In this document: positions 1 to 12,840 of the stretch, piece by piece
How the letters are laid out: each line of letters opens with the position of its first letter
Position numbering within the stretch: position 1 is the stretch's first letter
DNA from: Octopus sinensis
Taxonomy: Eukaryota
Reading direction: 5' to 3'
DNA: 64,000 bases
Assembly (NCBI RefSeq): GCF_006345805.1
Contig: NC_042998.1
Coordinates: 127,224,001 to 127,288,000, forward strand
Notes under the pieces: model-generated
What the model was told of the DNA's origin: nothing
The model's database searches: none
Seen by the model: the letters and a program-made list of their open reading frames with translations, nothing else
Made by a program: the position numbers and the translations under genes

Positions 1-19
1 GAATGTATAAGTTATATAT

Positions 20-74
<55 letters not shown>

Positions 75-112
75 AAGAAGGTTTGGAAATGCAATTTGAA
101 AGATGTTTATTC

Positions 113-154
113 ACTTGACCGGTTTCAATTTTTTAGAAAAAGATTGTCAAAAGT
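113..154 (-). ncRNA. Minimal type I hammerhead ribozyme-like motif (U3-A8 variant)
   Basis: Minus strand reads ACTT-TTGACAA-[T-rich/A-rich stem II]-GAAA-CCGG-TC-AAGT; stem I ACTT/AAGT, GUC triplet, palindromic CCGG loop. Confidence 0.6.
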
Positions 155-606
155 AAAATGTAAAGCTTTGTTAAAGCTTTGTTGTGTTAAGTACTGGTTG
201 TCACAAAATATTACAATGCACTGTCCCTTAAAATAGTAAACAACCTTTAGCTTCACACAAACCGTAAAAAGTTAAAACAGATCAGTTCACCTTAAATTCT
301 TTGTAAACTCCTAAATATATCTCCTTTTGTGTGTGTGTATATATATACATATATATACGACCACATATGACTGTTTTTGAACTAATACCTTTCTGTGTGT
401 ATATATAGATACTTCCAAACAAACATGATTTTTAATGAAATCCTAATATATTTTTTGTAATTTTTGTTTAATATTTTCTCAAGATATTTCCTTGTAAACT
501 GTTTTAAAGATTTTCTTATTATCATCAAAGAATGTATATATGTATTATAATATTTTGTGACAACCAGTACTTAACACAACAAAGGTTTTATAAAGCTCTA
601 CATTTT

Positions 607-648
607 ATATTTGACAATCTTTTTCTAAAACAGTGAAACCGGTTAAGT
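607..648 (+). ncRNA. Minimal hammerhead-like motif, degenerate copy of family A
   Basis: TTGACAA-tcttttt ctaa aacagt-GAAA-CCGG-TT-aagt; stems I and II partly decayed. Confidence 0.45.
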
Positions 649-1119
649 GAATAAACATTTTAAAAATTGCATTTTCAAACCTTCTTTCATATATATTTCA
701 ACACATTGGAAACTTCTACATTTGAGGTGTTGATGATAGAATGATTTTGAGGAGAACTGTGTTAGGAAGGAAAGTTGCGGATGTTTAGATAGAGTGTAGT
801 AGGAGGAGAAAATGGATTTCAGGTTTAGGGTTTATAATAAAGCTGGTGATAGTAGTAGAGGTGGAAGTAATATGTGAATGATGACCCTTGTGATAGTTTG
901 TATGAAGGCTATAGAGGTAAAGTTTGAAATCGTGAAAAGGTCTTGTTATTAATTGGGAGTAATGAGCTCTTAGCGTGTGGCATTTATGTATAGTTATGCC
1001 CTCTATATAATGTATATAAATATATTTAAGAGAAAGATTGATGATGCTTCCCCTTATGAGGTTTTTCACGTTAACTACTTGATAAATTCTTACAAATATT
1101 TTAACCTGTTTTTAAATTG

Positions 1120-1120
<1 letters not shown>

Positions 1121-1207
<87 letters not shown>

Positions 1208-1235
1208 TGTATGTATGTATGTATATGTATATATT
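1121..1235. repeat. Compound microsatellite (CA)n(TA)n(TATG)n
   Basis: Directly visible. Confidence 0.95.
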
Positions 1236-1507
1236 TAATATTAATCTCAGGGAAGTTATTTCCGAGTACACAGGGGAGAGAAGTTCAATTTAGTGGTACT
1301 AAAATGAATCACTCACTGTATTATATACATATAAATAGATATGTTTAAGAGAAAGAATCACCATCAAGCAACTCAATCATCATTAAATGTGTACGCATAG
1401 GACTAAATATAGAAATTATCAAAATTTAATACCTACAATTCTTATTCCAAATTATCAAAATTAATACCTTTAATTCTTATTACAAATTATATACTTTACA
1501 TTATCTT

Positions 1508-1608
1508 GACTATGCGTGTTTCATGACAACATATTCCTCGATATTGCTGAAATAGAATGTCTCTATACAATACCATATTAAAACGGGTATATTGTCAATC
1601 TTCAGGTC
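1508..1608 (-). ncRNA. Type I hammerhead-like motif with long stem II loop
   Basis: Minus: GAC-CTGAAGA-T-TGACAA...~60 nt...TTGTCA-T-GAAA-CACGCA-TA-GTC; canonical core, stem I GAC/GTC. Confidence 0.6.
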
Positions 1609-2402
1609 TATCTTATATGAACTTAGTTTGCTATTTACATCGTATATTGAGACTTGACATTATATAACTAGAAGTTGTTGGAATAATTTTACTTTAGTAA
1701 ATAATGAACAGAAATTTCTCTTCATTCTCGAGAGTTGTTCATGGGTTAATATTTAAAATAACTAAAAGTTACAGGTTTAGGTCTCCCTGAACACTTACGT
1801 TTGCCTCTCTGTTTATACAGCATTCTACTTGCAGCACATTCACACACGAAAGTTTTACTAGACTCCACAATATCGACAGTAATGTTCTCGTTTAGTAGTG
1901 CGCCTAGTATATAAAAGTACTAGTAAGTAACACTAAGAGCTCCGACAGAGACAGAATACGCATGTAAAGGTTTATAATTTTTCATTATGTTTCGTACCAT
2001 TTCTTCTTATGATTCTCAACGTACCATTTCTTCATATGTTGTAATTCCAACATAATAGTGGCTATGCTCCTCCGCCAGCACATTTGAAAATTCGTTAATA
2101 TTCCTAAGTGCAATAGTTGTCGTGAATACGACAGTAACATTCTAGTGAATTATATGACACAACCAGCATCGTAATGACCGATGATATATATATAGTAAAA
2201 AGGACGAATGGATTATCTGGTAGTGCTATAATTGCTTCATGAAGAATCTATATTGTGACTCAGAGATACAGTCAGGTAAAGATAATGCACAATATTCATA
2301 AGATTACGTAATACATTGCGAAAGTTTCAAACCACAAGGTTTATCACATACATATGCGAAAGATAACGCACTCACTAACTACTGATGTTTTGAGTGAGTA
2401 TC

Positions 2403-2635
2403 TATTTCTGTATTACCCACAAGGGGCTAAACATAGAGGGGACAAACAAGGACAAGACAAAGGGATTAAGTCGATTACATCGACCCCAGTGCGTAACTGG
2501 TACTTAATTTATCGACCCCGAAAGGATGAAAGGTAAAGTCGACCTCGGCGGAATTCGAACTCAGAACGTAGCGGCAGACGAAATGCCGCTAAGCATTTCG
2601 CCCGGTGTGCTAACGTTTCTGCCAGCTCGCCACCT
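2403..2635 (-). mobile_element. Full-length tRNA-derived SINE (octopus-type) with TSD
   Basis: Minus starts GGTGGCGAGCTGGCAGAAACGTTAGC, B-box GAGTTCGAATTCC; flanked by AGTGAGTATC at 2393-2402 and 2636-2645; many other copies in the window. Confidence 0.9.
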
Positions 2636-3194
2636 AGTGAGTATCGACAACATTTAAGAATTGTAAAGTCGGTTGAAATACATTCAGAATGAATTAGTAA
2701 ATTATAGAATAAAAATAGGCATAGGCTCAAGACTAAAAATGTGAAGACTTAGCAATAAATAACTTAGGCAATAACTCATGCAAATTTTACTGTGAATTTG
2801 TTGTTATAGGTAGATTTTACTGGAATATGTAACTAATTTTTGTATTCTATTTATCGTACGAATTAATTATATTTTACAACCTATTTTAAAATTTCTTATT
2901 ATTAATTAATATCTTAAAAAATGATTTTTTTTTAAAGTGCCAAAATATTCTTTTCATTTTTAATGGAATAATTACCATGAAGGATTGTATAGAATATATT
3001 GTATAAAGGATCGTGGGCAAGGCCAAAACAATGCGAAGTAAATGTAAGGTAAATCGCAAGAAAACAAATATGCGAATTAATATAAAGTACCTTGTATTCA
3101 ATATTTCGGGGTCATGACCCCATTTTCAAGAAATTGACGAATGTTGCCGATGTGTGTGTGTGTGAGCGTGTGTGGAGTGGACGTCCACTTCCCA

Positions 3195-4025
3195 CACGAA
3201 TTAATAAAGGGTCTCTCTTCATCATAAAATACAGACCCACTTTGAACGCATCTACAACAAATGACATATCCATCACGACATTAGAATAACAGAGACGCAA
3301 ATATTAAAAATGATACATTCAAAAGAGATACAAAAGAAATCATTAAAAACAGTCCCAATTAAGGCTATCATCCACTACCTTTTCACTTCTAGGTCACTTG
3401 ACCATTTAACATCCTACTATAATCATACCATCACGCATTGTTTTATCATTCTTCTCTTCTTTCCCTCTTTCCTCTTCGTATCCTTCCTCTCCGCCACCTC
3501 CTTCCTTACTTTACTACTACTGTTGTTTAGAATAACACCTACGCAAATATTATAAACAATACATTCAGAAGAGATATCTCAGGAATTCAATCACTATTAC
3601 CATCCACAACTTGTCACTTTTAGGGCACTTGACCATTTAACATCCTACTACTATCATAGCACTCCCGCATTCTCTTCTCCTCCTCCTCCTCCTCATCCTC
3701 TTCCTCCCCTTCTTCTTCTTATTATTCTTCCTCTTCTTCTCTTTCTTCTTATTATTCCTGTTGTTGTTGTTGTTCTTCTCTGCCAAGAATTCACAACGAC
3801 CTCGAACCCTCAAGAGTAAACAAGACATACAGTAACAGAGACCGGCAGAAACAAGGAAAATGCCTCTTGTATTTGAATACTGTGCAAATATTCTTTGAAA
3901 AAACTTTTCATTTAATTTTTCGAAGATTTAATAGTTTTCCATACATACAGTTGAAAAAGTCTCACTGACTGAAACCGGTGCTGAAATGTTTTTTATAAAA
4001 TTATTATAGCATTTTCTACCTTGAC
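3195..4025 (+). mobile_element. Penelope-like 3' end (GIY-YIG C-terminal remnant, tandem ~240 bp repeat, HHR)
   Basis: KGSLFIIKYRPTLN resembles the KExLxIxxxxPxLN end of PLE endonucleases; diverged repeat 3281-3525/3526-3780; HHR motif at 3948-3983. Confidence 0.55.
3948..3983 (+). ncRNA. Minimal hammerhead-like motif (U3-A8 variant)
   Basis: CAG-TTGAAAA-AGTC tcact GACT-GAAA-CCGG-TG-CTG; stem I CAG/CTG and stem II AGTC/GACT perfect; position 17 is G, so probably inactive. Confidence 0.55.
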
Positions 4026-4032
4026 CTCTTCC

Positions 4033-4077
<45 letters not shown>

Positions 4078-4089
4078 GTGTGTGTGTGT

Positions 4090-4128
<39 letters not shown>

Positions 4129-4157
4129 CCGTGTGTGTGTGTGTGTGTGTGTGTGTG
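4033..4157. repeat. (TA)n(TG)n microsatellite
   Basis: Directly visible. Confidence 0.95.
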
Positions 4158-5193
4158 CTGGCTCTCCTGGGAGAGATTATTAGAGAATTTGAAACAAGTA
4201 TGTACAATGTACAATCAATCATTTAGAGTGTAAAATACATGGATGTGTAAATGTTACAATATTGAATGGTGGGAATAGATGTGCATAATAATTATTCAGT
4301 AGAAGAGAAAAGTGGAGTGGGGGGTTACACCTACTGTATTCAAAACAGATATTCGGTAAAATCGAAACAAATCTATTCAGTATTTAATTTTTTGATTTCT
4401 GCTCTGAGAGTTCTTCAAAGCTGTTTCGAAAATTTATTCCTGCATGGATCAATGAAATAAGTGAGCATGAGCCACAGAGATCAATCTTCTCAAAACCTTC
4501 CTCTTCCTAACAATTTGACGTATTTAGTGAGGGAAAATCTTTATTTGCAAGAAAAAGGAAGCAAAATAACAGAAAGCAATTCCTTTACCATCATTTGAAA
4601 TCATTAGGAGAGTCGATTGTTCCTAAAATAGTTACTTTGATGGTGATTAAATCAATGGTTCGCACTTGCTATCGAAAAATTAGTGAACGAGTGCCAAAGG
4701 AAAATATTATCATTTGAAATACATTTTTGCTTCGAATCATAAATTTTATTTCGCTCGTCACTGCAATCGAATTTGGAGGGTTAGTCATACCATCCAAATA
4801 AACAACTCAGCATGTTTGTCAAAGTTATCATATAAACTAGCTACTGGGCCGACCAACTACTTCCGAATTTGTTATCATGAATAAAATATCTTAGTTCATC
4901 ATTTTTGGTAATTTACGGCGTCAAAATATTCAATACGATATCTGTATAGAACTGAAAAATCATGAAAAAAAAACCCATTCCCAGATGACATAGATATATA
5001 TTAACGACACCTAAATAGAACAATGAACAATTTGGAAGTTTGCAGGTGCAGTATTCAGTTTGTTTACAGCGCTGTACACATAATTATAAGATTGCAGTAA
5101 ACCAAACTGTGAAGATATAACAATTTTAGTTGAAAACATTTTTACATGACAATATTGTTGAATTTATAGTAAACAGTTCAAACTTCTGTCTCC

Positions 5194-5195
5194 TA

Positions 5196-5231
<36 letters not shown>

Positions 5232-5326
5232 TGTATGTATGTATGTATGTATGTGTGTGTGTGTATGTATGTATGTATGTATGTATGTAAGTATGTATGT
5301 ATGTATGTATGTATGTATGTGTATAC

Positions 5327-5378
<52 letters not shown>

Positions 5379-5383
5379 GTATA

Positions 5384-5437
<54 letters not shown>

Positions 5438-5448
5438 TGCGTGTGTGT
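5194..5448. repeat. (TATG)n/(TA)n compound microsatellite
   Basis: Directly visible. Confidence 0.95.
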
Positions 5449-6890
5449 AATGAACTCGAAATTATCCGGTTCTCTCTTTTTTTAAGTACAATTTTGTATC
5501 AACCATAAGAACAGAGAAAAGAATATGTCATTTGGCCATGTATTATCATTCCAGCAATTATATCGAATGACTGAAGCACCAAAGAATTGGGATTATCCAC
5601 AGTTTAGATGCACGAAATAGTATAAAATGATTTATTAACATGCCTTCTTCAAGGTTTTAACAGCTTTTTTAACACTGTTTTGCCTGTCCCCCCAACGTTC
5701 CTAGTGGTGGACTATACAACCTTGAGTATCAAAGAGAAGCTTGGTGAGGTGAGTGATTTATATATTTGTGTACATATATCAATAGTATACTAAGTAAAAA
5801 TTTCAATAATTAACAGAATGTTTATAGCTTATCAATGATCCAACAAATATTGACTACAGAAATCGAAATAAGCAATTCTTACCTAGCTTCACGTCAGGTA
5901 TGATCAAATAGATTCATTATCAAAGTTGTTCATGTTCAGATTATGACCAATCATGTTGCAGCAGGTATAATCTATTTAGCACTACATTTCCCAATTTCTT
6001 ATTTGTTTCTCAAGACCTTATAGTGTAATCTGAACCAAATTTGTCTAATTTCTTGTAAGTTATGCAATTGCTTGGATTCTTCTTTGTTTGGTAGATATGG
6101 TATTGCCTGAATCGAATGTTGTCCACCAAAGAGAGATTCTCAGTTGGTCCGGTTTCCAATTGTAGCAATTCTATCGTCGCTTACAGTATTAAAGTATCAA
6201 TGATATGGCCATGACAATTCCTCAAACGCAATAGACATAGTAATCATATGAACAACCGTAATCCCTTAATGGTTGGTTATATTAATTTTTCTATTTTCTT
6301 CATGGTTTCATAAGATATTTAACTAAATTTCTTGGTTGAAATTCACTTGAATATGACAAATTAATCCGAGTATTTACAACATAATTCAAAATTCATTCAG
6401 AATTGTAATCTGTCACTTTGTATTCATTTGGAATGGAATAGCTAATCTCGTGTTTTCTACAATATTTAAGTCGGTTTCTCTATTTGTAATCAGATCCTTA
6501 ACATAAATCATGTAAGCCTATCACCATATCCTTACATTTGCAAAGTTAGAGAGAGGGTGAGGAGAGAAATAAGAAGAGAGAAACACAAGTATAATATGCA
6601 TACAAAAGGTAGATGTTTATGTAACTGAAATGGTATTATCTACAGGGAATATAACTTGTAGGTATTCTTCAGAGGTTTAGTCAAAATATCTTTGAAATCA
6701 AAAGATTTGGTTACATAATATAGATTTCTTACAATATTGATTTCTTCCACATATTTTTGACATCAGTAAATGAGTGGGTTTTTAACAAAATCTTTCAGAC
6801 TGCGATCCATAATTTGTGTCTGCTTTACTATGACGACCACAAAAGAATACAGTGCTATATATTTTTCCTTCATCAGTGTTATTAATATTG

Positions 6891-7091
6891 GGTTCAAATT
6901 TTGGCATATGGCCAGCAAATTAAGGGGACAGAGTAAGCCAATTACATCGACCACAGTGTTCAAGTCATTATCGACTCCGAATGAATAAAAGAGCCTTGGT
7001 AGATTTTAAACTCATAACGCAATGATGGACGAAATATCGCTATGCACTTTGCCTGGCGTGCTAACATTTGTATCAGCTCTGCTGCCTTATT
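6891..7091 (-). mobile_element. tRNA-derived SINE, diverged, with 16 bp TSD
   Basis: Homologous to 2403-2635; AGTGTTATTAATATTG at 6875-6890 and 7092-7107. Confidence 0.8.
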
Positions 7092-7115
7092 AGTGTTATT
7101 AATATTGCGTACATT

Positions 7116-7330
7116 CTAAGGTGGCGAGCTGGCAGAAACGTTAGCATACCGGGAGAAATGCTTAGCAGTATTTTGTCTGTTTTTACGTTCTGAGTCCAAA
7201 TTCCGCCGAGTTCTACTTTGCCTTTCATCTTTCGGGGTCGATAAATTAAGTACCAGTTGCGTACCGTGGTCGATCTAATCGACTGGCTCTCTTCCCCAAA
7301 AGTTCGGGCCTCGTGCCTAGTGTAGAAAAG
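7116..7330 (+). mobile_element. tRNA-derived SINE
   Basis: AAGGTGGCGAGCTGGCAGAAACGTTAGC head; flanked by AATATTGCGTACATT. Confidence 0.9.
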
Positions 7331-7345
7331 AATATTGCGTACATT

Positions 7346-7537
7346 TTAAGGTGGTGCGTTAGAAGAATCGTTACACACCGGACAAAATACTCGGCAGTAT
7401 TTCGTCCGTCTTCGTGTTCTGAGTTCAAAGTCGGCCGAGGTCGACTTTACATTACATCCCTCGGGGTTTCATAAAATAAGTACTAGTCGATTACTGGGGT
7501 TGATGTAATTGCAGCTCTTGTGCCAAAATTTAAAACC
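7346..7537 (+). mobile_element. tRNA-derived SINE, second tandem copy
   Basis: Same family; flanked by AATATTGCGTACATT at 7331-7345 and 7538-7552. Confidence 0.85.
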
Positions 7538-7871
7538 AATATTGCGTACATTCATTGTACAATAGAACGCCGTTTAATGGGATTGAGCACACTCGTGTTT
7601 GGCCTCATTCGGTTTTCATTTTCAAATTCAGAGTAACCTATGAAATGTTTAGTAGTATAATTTTTTGTATAAACTATGTTATTGGGAGTTCTGGGTTTCT
7701 GTTTGTATGCTTGCCTATATCAGATTTTCATTACCAAAGCCCTTCTGTATCATAGATATTGTTTCTATTTTCAATCCCCACGTGCTGGATAGCTTAATTT
7801 CCCTCTTTTTATTTGTATGGTTTCTTCATTTGTCTCACACTTAAATTATCGGTAGTAGCAATTGATCCACT

Positions 7872-8019
7872 TTCTTCTTCTTCTTCTTCTTCTTCTTCTT
7901 CTTCTTCTTCTTCTTCTTCTTCTTCTTCTTCTTCTTCTTCTTCTTCTTCTTCTTCTTCTTCTTCTTCTTCTTCTTCTTCTTGTTATTATTTATTATTATT
8001 ATTACTAGTAGTAGTGGTG

Positions 8020-8086
<67 letters not shown>

Positions 8087-8100
8087 CAGTAGTAGTAGTA
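7872..8100. repeat. (TTC)n(TTA)n(GTA)n trinucleotide tract
   Basis: Directly visible. Confidence 0.95.
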
Positions 8101-8634
8101 TTTATCTTTATCACACGTTTGTTGGAGCTCCTGGAGTCTTACATAGGTAGCGGGCTGCTACATGCAGCCTACGATACCATGCTAGGCATTCGTTTCAGCT
8201 ACATAATACTTTCCTGATTATTCTGGCCTTGCTAAGGAGGTAAACCTTTAGTAACGGATCTACAGGGCATTCTATTCCAATTTCCTTTATATTCCCCTTA
8301 ATGCCTTCAGATACTGCTCCCAAGGACCCAACAATAATTGATACTATCTTCACCTTCTCCAGTTTCCATAACCGGGCACTTTCATACTCAGGAGAGTTGT
8401 ATTTATCTATCTTTTCACCTTCATGTTTGACTATTCGTAGGTCAAAGGGGCATGCAAAATCAAATATGTAGCATGTGTAATGCATCTTGTCCACCACCAC
8501 TAGGTCCAGTCTGTTATGTTCTAGCACATGATCTGTTTGAATTGGGAAATCCCAGAGGATTTCGTTAGTCTCCGACTTCGCTACGCCTGGCGGTTTGTGC
8601 TCATACCACGTCATATTTATTATTAAGCCCCAAC
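8101..8634 (-). mobile_element. R4/Dong-clade LINE 3' fragment (restriction-like endonuclease)
   Basis: WYEHKP..ILWDFPIQTD..HNRLDLVVVDK..CYIFDFACPFD..EKIDKY..IIVGSLG; bounded by trinucleotide tracts. Confidence 0.85.
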
Positions 8635-8707
<73 letters not shown>

Positions 8708-8919
8708 TTTACTTTTAATCTGCATATTTGTTACAGTAACTTGCCGAGAGACACTCAGCATCCTAGGGCGAGTGAAGGATAAGAGATGTTACGAATAACT
8801 GAAGAAATGGGAAAGAGAAGTGGCAGGCGCAGTAGCGAAATATCTTTTTGAAAAACAACACAGATATTTAAATGGATAGGGTGTAAATTGATAAGGATGT
8901 GGGAAGTACTTGACAGCAC

Positions 8920-10075
8920 AATTTTCTCTGAGACATGGTTCTCCTGGGATATTATCTACATGTTTCTGGCATCCTTATATTATCATCCCTTTCAACAATG
9001 ACAAGAACAGTTCTCGCTTTAAGATATCACATCATTTGTATTTTAATTTCTAGGTCCTTATATTTACTTAGTTTGTCAAATTACTTTATAGATATATTTT
9101 TATCAGTGGGAACGCTTACATCTATTTGTCTACAAGTATTTTCTACCTTCTCCTTAATGACTATGTCTGGTCGATTAATTTGGATCGGTCTCTCGGTGCT
9201 GACTGGAAAATCCCAGAGCATAATGACAGTTTTACCTTCAACGACCGGCTCAGGATGATGTTCATACCAGTAAGCAGGAGTACTGATTTTGATTCAGTTC
9301 TTGCAACCATTCAGCATCCTTCTTGTGCTCCTTGTCTTTCCTCCAAATGTCACTCCAAAACTTTTGACTTTCAATATTATCTAGTATCAACTTTTCATCT
9401 GTACACTCTCCATTTATTTCCTTATAGAATCTATTCTGATCTACTCTGAATAACTGAATAACCTATTCTGGAGGTAACCCTTCATTCTTTGCTTTCTTTG
9501 CAAGGAGGCGTTGTTTAAGTTTTTCCAGTACTACATCCAGGCCTTTTCTTTCAATATTAAACTTCCTTTTCAGCGCCCTGTATTTTTGTTCACTTTTACG
9601 CTCCCCTTTCTCTTTTCGGTCTAACACAGAGATTTCCTTCTAGAGCATATCTAAGCCCGTGTGCACTCTTCTTTTCCACCATGGGTCTTTTCTTTTGTCA
9701 CGCCCATCATATATTTCTTCTTGACATCATTTTCTGCTACAACAATACTTGCTGCCTTAGTCAAATTATTTGTTTCTGTGATTTTTTTTGTTGTGATGTA
9801 TTTCAGAATTTCATTGACATTTTTTGTTTCTTGGTTCAATTACCATCGATCAACATTTTTAAGGTTGCATATAATGTCGCTATCTTTATTTAATGTCTTA
9901 CCTTTATTCTGGCGTAGATTGCCTTTCGTTCATCTGTAATGTCGCTATTAGTTTTATTGTCTTCTTTTAGATCATCTATAAGTCTCTCATCAAGTAAACT
10001 ACCACTGATTCTTTCCTGTGCTATGAGATTACTCTTATTAGTAAGAAATATATATTCATTGTTATCTCTGCTCCT
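8920..10075 (-). mobile_element. Internally deleted R4/Dong-type LINE (N-terminal region joined to REL domain)
   Basis: 9275-8960 reads WYEHHPEPVVE..LWDFPV..NRPDIVIK..IDVSVP..KLSKYKDLEI; 9400-10070 is homologous to 62880-63750. Confidence 0.75.
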
Positions 10076-12726
10076 GAAAATATAGAGACAAAATTCAAAG
10101 AAGAGTGCCATTGTTATCTAGTGAATGATATTTCGACATCTCATGTGTCTTCAACTGGTTCAAAAAATAAATTTGTCAATCTACTTCATTTTGGTTAATG
10201 TAGAAAGGATTGAGGTAACTCCTCCTGAAGATATAGAGTCAAAATTAAAAGAAGAGTGCCAGGAAGCAAAATTAGAACTAATTCCCGTAGACGATAGTGA
10301 GAAGACCTTCAAAGTCAGCACACAAGATAGACAACCCAGCTGGTGCACGCATGTGAGTTCAGATCTCATCCAAGGGCTTTCTGTACAGGGTACTTAAAAG
10401 ATAAATGCATCGAAAATAAACAATAAAATTTATTGAACCTAAAATAACGTCCATTACAGCATGTGAGTCAGCAAATGAAATTGTCCGCCTGCTCTTCTCG
10501 CAAGCATATAATTACGAAACCCATTGATCCAAGATTACTCTGTTTTCCAAATGTAAGTGCACAACCAGTAATAACGACTTAATTACGTTTGCTAATGGGA
10601 GTACGCTCTTTCTCGCAGACCAGTCTCATCACTTTCCCACTCGCATCTACAAGACAGAGGAAACTACCTCTTTTTTCTGACATTAGAAAGTGATGGAGTG
10701 ATCCTCACAATAAACTCGGCTAATAGCCGCAACATTCAAATACTCAATAATATCAACTGTTCGTTGTAACTCATCATTTCAATAGAGCTTGTTCACTGAA
10801 TGAGTATAAGCTAAGCAGTTTTGTTTCACTGAGCACATTTCAAACAGGCGCTGCTAAAAGTGCTACTGTGACTGTATAGATTATCTACGAAGGGCAATAC
10901 GCTCCTGATCGAATTATCTTTAGCAAAAGTTTGGCAAGAAACTATTGATGTCGTTTTTATTCACATCATTCCCAACAGTAGCAACACTCACCTTCTAACA
11001 CAGCTAAGAATATTCGTACTCTGTTGCTAATTCCGATATGCATGTGCCAAAAGAAAAAAAGAGAAGAAATGAACAAGTGTGGCATGTATTCAAAAAACTC
11101 TTGGATTAGACCATTCAGACAATATATTACACATATTCTAATCCCAACTAAAAAATAATGTTGATGATATAGTATTAGCTATGTATTAATAATTCTATAC
11201 ACTGGAATGTCTGCTACTCCACATAAAAAATAAATTGTTTTCAGAATGTTACATGTTTTCTTCTACGCGAGTAAACCATAGCGATGGTGATATGCTATTA
11301 GCTATCTATTAATAGCCCTATTATCTAGGATGTCTGCTACTCCAAAGAACAATGCCTCTCTTAGTGTAGTGGTTTTGCAGCTATTCCTTAACAAGAATTT
11401 TCATAGATATTGCAGTATTACATTATAAAACCATACTTTAGCTATTAGAATGCAATTAAAGCATGATACAAGTGTTTTGCATTTCATTACAATCCTCTAT
11501 TCACTTCATTCTAATGCCTTTGTTCTGAACGAAAATATTGTGAAACTCGAAAAAGAATATTAAATAAAAAATAGTCAACATGCTTCATATTTTTAAGGAT
11601 CAGCTTCATACAAATATATTCGTAAAATTTATCGAAAGCTTCCTCTTCAATACGCATAAAGTGCAAAATTATTTTTTCCGATTGATAACTTATTAAATGC
11701 CATCCGTAAAATTTCAAGCTCAGTTATAAATAGATTTTCGCCTTATTCCGATCATGATTATCTTTCAAAAATCTTCCAACATGGGATCTTTAATTTAGTT
11801 ATCTCTACATCAGTAGTATCTACCCAGTGCAGATAAACCACTGAAAGATTAGATTTTCTTAAATGTATCCATGATGGATATTTAATCTTACACATCTGAA
11901 ACTCTCTGAATCAGAAAACAAAGTAAAGAATTTTTATAATCAACTACGGCCATGAGAATAGATTGGAGAGAGATAGGCGCCATCACAGGACTAACATTCT
12001 CTCGATAGTGCATGTAAGGGTGTATTTCTGAGTGCTAACACGAAGCTGCAAGGTTATGAAGTTCACCATCAACACCGCATTATAGTTTTCCTTTATTGTG
12101 CTCTATTGCTCCGTTGTGCTCTTGCTCATATTTCTCAATATTTTGTTATTCTTTAACAGAAAGCATTCTGTTGAATTAAATTGGGCATTTTCTTTTTACA
12201 ATATAACTAAAATATTCTTATTGTAAACTGTACACTGAGAACTACGAAGTAACCTGACATAATCAGATACTGTTGATGCTCTACGTTGATAAAAAAAAGG
12301 ATGAAATTTGAAGTAGTGGAGTAAATTTAGTGAGAGAAGAGTATAAAGTTTTAAGGAAATCTCGTCGACGAGATACAAAATATTTATTGGTTTTGAAGAA
12401 TAAACAATTTAGAATCCATGAGAAAGTAGGGTAAAGGAGACATTATGAAAAAAAAAGAAATATTATGAATTACTAGAAGGACGGTTTATGGTCAGACTGA
12501 GAAGAGACAAAAGAAGATCCAGAGATTTTAAAAGTGAAGAAGGGAGGGATGAGGCAATGACGGAGAAATACTTTGGCATAAAAAAACTCGCACCTACATA
12601 TTCATCTATTGATTTCTGCCTGCTTCTCCTCTCACTCTTCATAATGTTCATTATATAAATACAAACTAATACACTTGTTTGTAGTTTATACCTCTGTCTT
12701 TGTCTTTTGTGTTTGTGTAAATTCCA

Positions 12727-12840
<114 letters not shown>

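Larger units (their letters stand above)
74..687. mobile_element. Penelope-like terminal repeat (pLTR) pair in inverted, tail-out arrangement, family A
   Basis: 74-213 is the diverged reverse complement of 548-687; both carry an HHR-like motif; same family at 27660-27980. Confidence 0.7.

Noticed and set aside
785-1069. 94 aa ORF possibly from a Penelope RT
   Set aside because: Motifs too decayed to support a call
6145-6230. Possible hammerhead on the minus strand (TTGAGGA..GAAACCGG)
   Set aside because: No UH cleavage site or stem I; too degenerate, although the region may be an old PLE relic
7101-7552. CRISPR-like repeat-spacer pattern
   Set aside because: Repeats are 15 bp TSDs and the spacers are homologous ~200 bp SINEs; eukaryotic context, no cas genes
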